Source: Phoronis australis (taxonomy: Eukaryota; Animalia; Phoronida). From it: DNA of 64,000 nucleotides. The notes under the pieces are model-generated. The model was not told the DNA's origin and did not search any database. It saw only the letters and a program-made list of their open reading frames with translations. Location: assembly GCA_002633005.1 (NCBI GenBank), contig NMRA01000076.1, forward strand, positions 124,001-188,000, written 5' to 3'. Positions 24,675 to 36,245 of this stretch are shown one piece after another; the first letter of the stretch is position 1, and each line of letters begins with the position of its first letter. The position numbers and the translations under genes were made by a program.

Positions 24675-25794
24675 CCCCCCCCCCCCCCCTTGGCTGCCGC
24701 AAGCAAAATGAAACGGCAACAGCGTGAAGCGTGAGGAAATATTGAGTTCAGTAACTAGGACCAGTAGCGGATGAGGGGGCTCAGACCCCAGATAGCGGCG
24801 AAATCGTGTTCCCTCTTTTTTTTTTAGTCTACCTATAGATTGTTTGAACAGAATATCCACATCCACGGCCTCCGCAACTTTCGGGCCGCCCTGTGCATAT
24901 ACAATCGCGCTTTGCCCAATTCCTCGACATGTGCCCCCCCGTTATGGTATCCTAGATCCGCCACTGTAGCAATACATAAAATGCTACCCATCTTTAAGGC
25001 ATGGGTAATGTTTTCAGCTGAGGTATTAGGTTTACTTAACACCTTATAACATGTACACAGAGAAGGATTTGTACACGAGTTTTCACTTGAATACGTAGCT
25101 CTGATTTCAGAGATATCCGGGCAAACTAATAAAAAGTGATATTCATTTTGGGCACAATTCTGCTAACAAAGCGAACAAATTATGTTCTTATATCCAGTAT
25201 CAAAATGACGATCTGTTTCCTCCGCTGGTCTGTGATTTGTACAAACAATCGTGGAAAATTATAAACTTTTTCATAGTTTAGTGTTCAAATGGTCTTATTC
25301 TTATAATGATTTAAATTAGCATGCGTAGGCAGCATTGCGCGGGGGCTGGTTCGAATTTCTAGAACGGCGGACCTTTGATACTTTGAAATGTCGACACTGT
25401 AGAGTTTTTGGTAAGGCCCTTGACGCAGCTAATTAGGGGGAACGGAAATCTGCATACACAACGATGACTCTCAGCTCTGTGTTCCCGAGATGAGACGGAA
25501 TTCGTAATACCATAAATGAGGATGCCGTGACGGTTGCTCGCTAATGACGGTACTCAAATTCCAATATAATATGGTCCAGAAAGAGAACGTTTGCGCGTTA
25601 CCCCCCTCCCCCCGCCCCTACACAAACTTTCAAATCAGGGGTGCTTAAATGAGTGATTACTCCTCATTACATACTCGAACGGAAATATTTCAGTAGTTGA
25701 AGAATGTCTTTTTTATCTGGTTGCATTTTGCGTGTTACTTATAAGTTGCTTATATATGGCTGGAAATGGGAAAATAAAGCCCTTTATTCCGGGG

Positions 25795-25838
25795 GTTCAC
25801 TACTTCGAAGGTTCACTACTACGAAGGTTCACTACTCC
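25795..25838. repeat. Short tandem repeat, about 3 x 16 bp (GGTTCACTACTNCGAA)
   Basis: ggttcactacttcgaa ggttcactactacgaa ggttcactactc. Confidence 0.85.
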
Positions 25839-27764
25839 CAAAATATCTAAAATTTCGGAATCAGGTGTAATTTTTATACTTTTTCGTGCAAAAAATAAAT
25901 GATACTTCGGTTATTAGATGCACTGAGTGTTGTACCTATACCCACAACAATGCATTTTTAAAAGAATATGAAGTAGGAATATTGATGAATTATCAACCTC
26001 CGATACATTCAACAAATCCATGTCACAGCTTGACTGATAAAGTCTGGCCGCAACGGCTGACCTCACCCGCCGGAACCACGCTCCTGATCGGGTCGAAAGT
26101 AAATGTAGTTAGTAGGCTACCCTGTCAAGAGTCGCATCCAGTCTTTTTAAATTTAAAACCGCTGTTGGTCGCTGCAGCCTTGACCTAATGTTGTCCCTGC
26201 TTGAGAATGAGCCGTTAGTTACATTCGAGAATCACGATTGGCAGTGATTGGAACTGAGCTCATTTGTAAACAATAACAAATTTTTGACCATCAATTCTGC
26301 TTTCTTGGTTGAAATTTAAAATTAAAACACCTAATTCGTTCGTCCTAAGCATAACCTCGTTTTAGAGTTAACTGGACAGAGTAAGCATAATTATCATGTT
26401 TCTTCAGGGGCCTCGTTCATCCGAGGGGAAAGGTGCCTATGCTTTCTGAGAGGGGAATTTTTTCACCGAGTGAGGGGGAAAATCTACCTTCCGAACACCA
26501 TCAAGAGCCCCCCCGCCGTATTGCAAGTTCTAATAGGCTCTGTCTCAAGTAGCATTTTGTGCTCTTTCAAATTGTCACCTGTGTGGTTAGGTGATTTGAA
26601 CTTCGAAGAGAAATTTTCAATCACAAGGGATTTTTTTACGCCTCGTGAGGGAATTTCGCGTGATTTTTCAATATTTTTGAGAGGGGGAATAAGGCCGATA
26701 TTCGGCCCCAAAATCGAGGGATTGAGGGCCCTGTCCTTTTTGAAGAGAAAAATGCATCATGTTTCAACCCGTAGTCATGAAAACAGCTTGGCTGACCGAA
26801 GATTCTCCGATTGTTGCTGCTCGGCAACCGAGATGCGACAAAATATGATCTAACTTTTCGAAAACATTTATAAATTTTACGCCGACATATTTTCCTTCGT
26901 TGCGGCGCATTGCAACGACCCAGCGCTTCCGAATCTCAACGTATTTTTTCTAGCCGTTCGAGCAACGAACGCGAAATACAGTGCTGATAAGCCGATAGAG
27001 CTATCGTAGCAAGCCTCGTTTGTAAACGCGCCTCCTGTCGGCGTGAATTAGGTCTATGGTGGAGCCACCACGCGCGTTCAATGCCCATGAATAACGTATC
27101 GTCTGCACAATCCTATCATCTACGCAAACACCATTCGGACGAAGTTGGCCGGGAACGGGCCGATGATTAAGTGAAGTGCTTGAAGCAAAGTCAGAATCAT
27201 TACTAGTTAGTAGTAACAGTAGCTAGAACAATTTTATAGCGTTCATCTGTATCCTATCTTTAACGGATAGGCTGGGGCTGGACCTTTTCCGCGGGGCCTG
27301 TTAGAATAGGAATAAGCATCGGAATGTCAGTTTCGGAAACCAAGATCTTAACACGTTTTGAGAGAATATTTCCAAACTGCTCTTGACACAAGACTCCGTC
27401 GTTCGGCTTTATATCAGAGGAACCGTACATTGACACTAAGTTCACCGTGGATATAATTTGCCCAGTTATATGTCTTACAATTTCGTTCATAGAATATAAT
27501 GTCGTAAGCGGCCCTTCCATAACGTTCGTGTTACATATTTAAAATTTTAAACCAATGTGTAATGTAACAAGTAAAGTACACATAGGGTATCTGCCACATT
27601 CACCCAAATCAGCAGTGATGTACCAAGCGCTACCATAGATTAAGAGTTTTTGATATATGACAATACCAAGACCCAGAGTCGTTTTACAGAATTTTACATA
27701 AATCGTTTCTAGATTGTTCTCCCGAGGTCAATATGACTTGATACGCTTGACGAGTCAGTCTATA

Positions 27765-28700
27765 TCAATCAATCAATCAATCAATAATCATTTATTTTAA
27801 TGACCTGTAGAAATTGCCACCCAGCCGCAACTTGGGATTATAAGTCACCAATTCCAAAGAGAACGTACAAAGAATAGGCAACCCATACATGTACAATGTA
27901 TACAATGACAAAAAGAAAATCAAATCAACATTCTCTATTATTATTAATTAAAAAGTAAATACAAACACTTTGCCTGAGAAGTGTATTATAAATAAAATTG
28001 ATAACTAATTTACTCACAGCGGTGCGAGTCATCAAGAAAACGAACTGATTCTGAATTCCTAGAGCACCAAATGAGGGGCAGACCAACATGAGCTCTGAAC
28101 GAGCAAAGGAAATGTATTTCATCCTCTACGCATGAGGCAGTATGAAAGTCACACAAAACGTTCCTGAACCGGAGTAAAAAATACCAAAACGACCAGTTTC
28201 CACTGTCGTCGGCAAAACTCAGTCTCTAAATTAAGAAAAAAGTGATTTCTTTTATCTAGAAATGGTCATTTTTAAATAAACTTCTATTTGATAAATAGTT
28301 TTAAATAATGTATAAGTTCTAAGCTTGGGTTTGCGCAAGATTTCCGCCCTCCATTCAGACTCGGAAAAATTCATCAGTTTCGTGTTGGCATTTTTCAGAT
28401 CACAAGCTGACCTTTGATAAAATGCTTCAACGTGATCAACCTCAGTAAAAATTTGAAAAACAATTTTTGACCAATTGTCCTTACTGTACGTGAGGTCCCA
28501 GTAAAATACTTGCTTTGTGAGACGATTATCAGACATGCAAATAAGTCTATTACAGAGCTGTAATATACACAATTTCCTGCGAACTATACTAGGTATCCAC
28601 CCCTTATCTCCACACATCCCGGCGGTTGGAGTAAATTTGTGAACCCTAAGAAAGCATCAAATGGTCCGATTTTGGATTGAATCACACTGAGTTTTATTAC
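27765..28700 (-). mobile_element. 3' end of a degenerate CR1/L2-group LINE with a (ATTG)n tail
   Basis: C-terminal ORF2 relic GDKGWIPSIVRRKLCILQLCNRLICMSDNRLTKQVFYWD...KPKLRTYTLFK...VETGRF, then AATAAA and a (ATTG)n tail on the minus strand (CAAT repeats at 27765-27785 on plus). Confidence 0.8.
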
Positions 28701-28921
28701 ACGGCCACTGATTTTTCGTCTGTTATTGGATTAGCTTATTCTTGCCTGCTTTGATGAACCGACTTCGTCAACTTGCTTCGTGATCAGAGTTTGCCGTTCT
28801 ATAGCACCCGATTAGTCAGACCGCGAATAGCGACATCTGACGTTCTCCGTCGGATGGCATAAATACAAAGAGATATTCCACACTAAGTTGATCGATGTTA
28901 CTCTTCATAGGAAGTTGTCAA

Positions 28922-29027
28922 TAATAGTCACTATTAGGGGTCCCACATACTGAGAACCAGGTTTTCCCACTGAATAACGGGCTTCAAACCGGTTCCCAAA
29001 TTCTGGGACCTCTGCAAATGACTATTG
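28922..29027. mobile_element. Palindromic ~110-135-bp MITE family, diverged copy (other copies at 47621-47739 and 48895-49027)
   Basis: Shares termini TAATAGTC...GACTATT and internal GGGTCC/GAGAACCAG/CCCACTG motifs with the other two copies. Confidence 0.65.
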
Positions 29028-29241
29028 CCTTTAAGCTAATCAGAGGACAGGAACGTCAGTTGTGTAATAATATGGGCTATTTCCTAAACGCAGCGTGACT
29101 ATGAATATGCTAATTTTTACTGCTAATTGTTTTTCTGCATCGTCCTTTACTTCAATGCAAATGACTTCGATGCTGTGCACATATTTTCCGCTTAAGTTTG
29201 ATGCTGCTAAGGTCGTGTATAGCTTTCCACTTTCGTTGCAG

Positions 29242-32200
29242 ATGGAGTTTTCGTTTGACGCAGTGTCTCATTACTTGTTCAAAGAATGGACAACCGGCAC
29301 GCTCACGGGTAGGGAAACTATACGCCATGCACGCTTGGTTCAGCGACCCCAAAAGGTCAACCTGCTCAGATACCCATGCCAAATTTTGGTATTGGCGATT
29401 TACTACAAATTTCAAATGTAGTTTTTTTCTTCATCGGTTTCATCTCTGCGCATTCAAAGTGCTGTGTGGTCCCCTGTTCCCGTGACCACCGAATTTGTTT
29501 AATACTCAATTTGAATATTGACCCATCGGGTTCCGACAGGCTTTGAGTAAATTTTAAAATTTCACACATTGTTATTGGTTGATTTTTGAGTTGTAAGTTT
29601 CCCCGAAGGAGTCTGTTTTCGACTTCGAAGTGCGTTTTCTGTGTTCAGATTCTTATTACCCAAAGCATCGGTCTGCGTTTGCGTGGCATAATTGGCACGG
29701 AAACTTTTCTGGGGTCCACGAGGAATCGAACCCGAAACTCTGGCGTTGTATACAAACGGCTGGCTGAACTTTTAAATCCCATAAAGTTTAAGTGAGATAT
29801 CGCTGTTTTACTAGCGTAATCTACGTAGGTTTTACGCGAGTATCTCCGCTGTCAGGGGCCCTAGGTCAGATTCTATTCAAACTTAGACTCGGGTATAATT
29901 TCTGACCACGAAGCGTGTTAACTTTGGCAATTTTCGGGTCAAACTCGAGTACAGAGTTGACTTCTACCCCTGACCTCATCAACTGCTCCTTTGTCATTGG
30001 CAGGTTTGATTCTCTGCTGTGCTCTGGGAGGGATACTGGCGTTTTTATTGGAAGGACTGAAGGCACTTATAGCCCACCTGGACGTGCCCAAGAAACAAAG
30101 GTGAGGAAACAGCAATTGATATTAAAGAGAACGTTTCTTTTTTTTGATGGCATGCTCGAAAAGTTGGTATATTTTTATTGTAAAAGGTATTTACGGCAAT
30201 TCTTCACTTATTTTGGACACCATATTGCCAAGAAATGAAATTCTATCTTGTCAAAATTTCTCCACAAAAAAGCTTATGAAAATATGTCTATTACTAGCAT
30301 GGTTTGTACTACGGGATGTCATAAAATAAAACAACTTTCAGCAGATAATCCATCGTTTGCAGTAAAGTAAACAGCCTTTGAAAAATGACAAATTTGACAA
30401 ATATTTTTTTGCGAAATAAGTACGTAGTTTGAACTCTTCTAGTTTCTTTTTATAAAATGAAATTTATAAAAAATACCAATCATGACGCGGCTGATCCGAT
30501 TTTCCGCCATGATAGTAGAAACTATGCTCATTGGCTGAGATACCCGCCATCGTTCAGTCCAAACCGGTTACATAACGATTTGGCTTGAGCAATAACCTTA
30601 ACAAGTAACAACAGCGATTTTGAATTGTGCGACTGTTACTGCATCGTCTCTCTGTTTGAAGAATAGTTATTTACTTACAGATTAATTTTATTTTTAGGAA
30701 CATCTTCTTTTAAATTAAGTAAAATGAACCAAAATGACCCAAAGCGCCGCCAAAAGGAAAAGATTCTTAACACTTTGATGAAAACTTGAATGGGTATTGC
30801 AATGTTTTCGTACGAATGGCCATTCAGTTGTGATCTTTCTGTATACATGGCTCATGCTGGTTACGTAAGTGTCAATCTTATTGTTCGAACGCAACGAATG
30901 AAAACAACAACCGGGAATTTCCGCCATTTCCAAGCCTGGCAATGGGTATAGAACTCAGCCAGACATAGGATTATCAATCCTAAACTGCACAGTGGGTAAA
31001 GTGCCCATCGAAGAATGTTGCGACTGAAATGCTTTTCAATTCTGGAATGGCAAGCCTCGGGACTGGATATAAAATACCATCAGATGCAGGTTCCTCATTC
31101 TTGATTTACAGCTTGAGAACGGTGGACGTTCACGTTGAAGCATGCGGTAACTGAAACACTCTTTATTCACAGTTTGTCACTTAAAAATTACTCAAGATCA
31201 CACACAATTTTTTTACAAGTTAACGTTCCCGATAGGCAAAGATGTCCACAATTATCCGCAGTAATTAATTTCATCTCTTTATAAAGTATGCTGTTTCTGC
31301 AAAACTAAGTAGCAGGTCTATTTTGGTATGCAAGATTTCAAACAAATTGTCTTTGAAATTCTGCCCTTTCGAGCCTATACCCGTTCGTCTCCGTAAAAGC
31401 AGCACTCTTCATTAAACGGGCGACAGATTATTTTACTTACTCCATTCACGTAGACACTGCTGTAAAGATAACGGTATTTAGCGAGTTAGGAATAATTTAT
31501 TATCACATAAATAAAGCAAAGTAATATAATCTTGAAATTAAATCATGGTGTCATTTTGAATCAAATTATTAGTTGATATGATATGTGTGCGACCTTTTCG
31601 TATACAAGACTGTTGATTAACTACCCCCGAAGCCATGTCACACTTCTTGCAAATGTCAGGCGCGATCATAAAATAAGATAGTTTAAAGGCAAATTTTATT
31701 ATTTGATATCCCACAGTCCTCGAAAACAGCGAATTCAAAGTCACCTCGTCACCGTTTTGGAGACATTTCTTTGTGTAATTGATCTCTTTTGTGTCAAATT
31801 TCATGCTTCATATCCTTAAGAAGGCTGTAATTGAATTTCTGACAATTTAAAACTTTTTGTATCGTCTTAGCCTTCGATTCTTCATTTACGTGTACAGTTT
31901 TGTGAACAAAATTCAACTAATTCAAAAATGGTGAAGTTGTCGTTTTGACCCCATTTCTCAAATCCGTTACCCTATACCACTGCCTAGCCCACATGAATAG
32001 TGTCCGACTCAGAAGCCAAGAGAGCACTGAATGCTAAAACTCCATAGGCAAGGTAGCCATATTGGTTTTGATCCAACTGTACAGAAACAGAAAAGTTGCC
32101 TGCTTTACTCTTAGAACTTATTACATAGTATGTTTTTATCGTGAACAATAAACTGGAGCATTACTTGACCTGTTTTAGTGAAAGTTGACCAAAAGTATTA

Positions 32201-34504
32201 TGATGACCAAAAAACTTCAAACGTGTATATTAAAAGGATACCAAACCGTGTTTTGGCCTATTGACAGATATTGTAAATTACTTTTCCATTCAATTATCTG
32301 AAACAAAATAAGGCTATGTAATCTTCGATACCACTCAAAAGTTTGGAGGAAAATTTGAAAACTCTTTTTAAAGTCTGCTGAACTATCAAGCGTGACCTAC
32401 GTTTTAGGGAATTACACGACAACTGTGAGAAAGATCACACACTAAAAACCATAATACGCTATCTGTGACGTAGGGAGTTTGAATTTTTAGTTGATTTCTG
32501 CTTTCATCGTTCAAGATTGACGCCACTGATGCATCAGCAGGTGACAGAACGAGGATTGGTTGAGATCATTAGAACTGGGCTCCTTTTGACCAAGTATACA
32601 ATTGCAGGATGCCGGACTGCAACACGCTAGACTTAACGAAATCGCACCATTTAAGATCTATTATTGTTTCGTGGTCTTACTTGAAGTTAATGATATCTTG
32701 TTTTTAAGTGAAAGTGAAATAACTATTATAATTTTGCCAAATCACAAAGTCAAAGTAGAACAAACGAAAAGAAATCATGGCGCTGTGCTTTTAGGTGACG
32801 ACGTGAGCAAGACTACATGGATTTTGAGAATAGCAACATTTTTATAAGGATTCAGGATAGACACGTGTAGAAATAGAAAAATGAAGAAGAATGAATGTCT
32901 CAAAAACGTCTTTGATTTTTTCAAGTTTTGAATGACGTCTAACTGGTTAAATGATGAAATTTTATGCATTTTAAATAGGCACCAGTTGAAGAGGTGCCGT
33001 ATTTATTCTTCGTTTCTACACTCCTGCATCCAGTTTGTCCGATTGGCTAGTCCCGCTTATTACCGTAAAGAATCCCATAACCGCCTATCCGACGGCGGAG
33101 CTAATTGGTGGATCAAAGTATGACTATGAAACATCAAACGTACCGTCAGGGCTCAACGTGTGTCATGAAAACTTGTTAAATGTGACCTGGCACAGTTCCC
33201 GGGTCTCAAGACGGGAACTCGGGCTCCAAAACTAGAAAACCTCTTGCGTAGATGGCAAGAGCTGAAAATGAAATAAACCAGGTACATGAAGTGAAAAAAA
33301 CCTGCATACTCGGCAAATGTCCGCTGGTGCACCTGAGATCGAATGTCAAATATCCACTGTCGAACCTAGTATCCCGCGCAGGCTCGCCTCCTAAGGTAGA
33401 AACAGGCGCTGGATGGGTACATCTTACTTATATGCAAGAGTCGTACCATGTGGTGAACCTACATGTCCTTCAAACAAGATTCATTATCACAGCCATGTTT
33501 TATCCACATTCTTTGAGGCACAACTTCTGTTAATAGTGAGTTACATGTAGTGATTCGCCATACTGAAAACTATTTTGAGGCTTTCAAGGCTTGGGTTTTT
33601 GTTGACAAAATTGCTAGTGATCAATTTTGAAAATTCAAGAACCAACTTAGCCTAATTTGTTCAGATTTTATGGTTTTCATAGGTATTCTTGTCCCAAAAA
33701 CGAAATGGAAAATGGATGCTGTCAAGCCTTCTGTTTAGGTATGATATGATAAACAAGACTTACCTTCTCTATGTGACCTCTTCACTCTAGCTCATTAGTG
33801 AGACTGGAACTAGATGTAGATAGAAAAAAGTGGGGCTGACCACGTGATATTGGATAAATTCAAAAGATTTCTCCAAAGCAATCCTCCTCTCATTTGAAGG
33901 GGATGCTTACAGAATGGACGGGCCCTTCCGATTTTACTGAACGATTGCCAACTTCTTAGTGTATACCTCATATAGTATTGTACGTGCATGCTCGGATGTA
34001 TGTGTAACGACTTCTTGGCTATCTAAGACTGATTTTACTACGTCGCCAAACAAAATGTGAGGTCGCATCCAGTTGGCAAATCTGCATGCCGCCAAATCGT
34101 ACTCCGTTGCCTGATCTAGTGTAAGCCTACTGGTGTACTATGGGTGACACTTGCATGGAGATGAGCTGATAATACGTTGTCTACATTTCAGCTGGAAGAC
34201 CTGCTACAACTTTCGGCGATCGCTTTTCGCCCTTCTTCAGTTGTTTCTGGGCTACATACTTATGCTACTAGTAATGACATATAATGCGTGGGTAGCCATA
34301 TCGATACTGCTCGGGTCGGTGCTAGGCTACTACCTATTCGGATGGACGCATTCGTATGGCAACTTAAAAACAAAACTTCCGGACGACAACAGACAGTCGG
34401 AATCTGTGAGGACGAACGTGGTGATGAAAATGAACGGTTATTGGCACGTGCCGTCCCTTGATCACGAAGATGAAGAAACCAAGGATAGAGAAACAACAAT
34501 ATAG
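29242..34504 (+). CDS. CTR (SLC31) family copper transporter, about 186 aa as spliced; an upstream exon may be missing
   Basis: Exons: 29242-29308 (MEFSFDAVSHYLFKEWTTGTLT); 30004-30100 (GLILCCALGGILAFLLEGLK, TM1); probable 33034-33117 (cytosolic loop, phase 2-2); 34192-34504 (LGYILMLLVMTYN with MxxxM, then ILLGSVLGYYLF with GxxxG, stop). Splice phases are consistent. Confidence 0.92.
29703..29770 (-). repeat. tRNA-derived SINE-like fragment (B-box)
   Basis: Minus strand GGGTTCGATTCCTCGTGGACCCCAGAAAAGTTT, loosely similar to the copies at ~51036 and ~59208. Confidence 0.5.
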
Positions 34505-36104
34505 CAACAGGAAACATGTGCTTCATAGCTTCTATTACAGCAGAATAATTCGTCTTGCACCTGCCGACATATTCAGAGATTTTTAGACGAGAAATATACC
34601 CGCGGCTGTTGTATACTTTTTTACCGGTCGGTTATTGCATTTGTCAATCATGTTCTTCTCTGTCAAACGAAGTGTATGACAGAGGACCTGCACGGGCTTG
34701 AGAATACGGATTTATTTTATACTGTTTTACTCGATGTATTGAAGCTCAGTGTCATTAATTTATAATTCCGACATTGTTTACGGAGTGTAGATATGTTCTT
34801 TTAAGTCACAAATGACGAGATTTTAAAATGGTATTTTCCGGTTTGCATTTGAGGAATCCCCGAGACATCCGTTTCCGGTGTCGATAACAACACTTCTTAC
34901 AACATTTCCTCATAGTCATCAAATCGGTTTTACAGGACTCGAGTTATTGAACTGAGAAGAGACGATTACTTCAGTGCTTGAGAAGAAATTTCAACTCGTT
35001 GTGGATGTTTGGAGCCCGGTGTTTTTACTCTGAGTTCGGATGTTTTGGGGCATTTTTATATTAAAATACAGGCGTGCTTTTCGTAGAGGCGACAATCTCG
35101 CGAAAACACCCGGCGTACACGCAAGACTTTGCGAGATTTTGGCATGCAATGCACAGGCAAGCGAAGCATGTGGTCACCGTCACTAGCTTACTAAGCGAAA
35201 TTCTTGCCTCTACGAAACTCTGCCCCGTTTGTATCTGTGGCAGCTAATTTTAATTAGCATATTCGTGTCGAACAATTGAAATTGTTCGACACGAACATGC
35301 GACTTGTGAAGCTCTGTGCATATCTTGGACATGCTGAAGTTGGTATTTGATGCTGCCTGTGAACACTAGTGTATATATTCTCACACTTTGCACCTTACTC
35401 TCACGTGAGGTTTAATTACTTTTCCAATCAGAAAAAGTTGTGAGGAACGTCAGACCAAATATCTGGCCTGGGCCTCAACTTCCTTTTCATAAAGTAGACC
35501 CTCGTTAATTTTCTGAACTATTCTTAAGGTGTGGCACGGCTACCGACAGAGAAACGAGTTTTCAATCATCCCAAGAATAAAAAAACGTCTCAACGTAAAA
35601 AGACAACAGGTTTACGCGCAACGATTGAGATTCTACAGGGTTATTTTGCATTTCAAATAGATATCCTTAGGACGTATGGTTTTGGGCTTGATGCGCTTGC
35701 ACACCTTTTTATCATAAAATGGAGGGCTCTCAAGGGCCTCGTATTTGTATTTGTCTACAAGTGGACCCCATTCCTGGATTCACCAATATAAGCACACGTG
35801 AAGTGAATTAAAGTGTATCTCTGAGTATGAACGCCTAATGCGTAAACATCAAGAAAACCACAAGACTTGATCACATGTTGTAGATGTACACGAGCTTAGT
35901 ATCACGTAACAACTTCATAACAAGCTAAAGAAAATTGATTCGTCCAGGTTACAGCATCAGTCTTTTAACTGAACGTACCCAAAGTTTTATTAAGGTGCGT
36001 CCGGTTGAGCCACTCATAATTTGACTATATTCATGATCGTAGTTGAGCTAAAATTGTATTTTTACTGTTTTATCTGCCAATGTTGACATTGCATATTTTT
36101 AAAC

Positions 36105-36110
36105 AATAAA
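36105..36110 (+). terminator. Candidate polyadenylation signal of the CTR gene
   Basis: AATAAA about 1.6 kb after the CTR stop, just before the convergent RCHY1 3' end. Confidence 0.5.
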
Positions 36111-36194
36111 TTACCTCTATGGCCTGATTTTGATATTGCACTACTTAGTACATTGAAATGAAACATACAAGGCTTGGTTGGTAACTGACAACAC

Positions 36195-36200
36195 TTTATT
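36195..36200 (-). terminator. Candidate polyadenylation signal of RCHY1
   Basis: TTTATT on plus (AATAAA on minus) about 45 nt after the RCHY1 stop. Confidence 0.6.
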
Positions 36201-36245
36201 AAATCAAAAAGAATTCAATACAACTTTTGGAGCAGTTACTAAATG

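Noticed and set aside
24247-24866. Long ORFs across the first gap
   Set aside because: They consist mostly of X residues from the N run.
25795-25838. Possible CRISPR-like repeats
   Set aside because: Three contiguous 16-bp units with no spacers, in eukaryotic DNA with no cas genes.
26405-26733. Possible hAT MITE (CAGGGGCCTC...GAGGGCCCTG)
   Set aside because: Short imperfect TIR with no TSD found; too weak to call.
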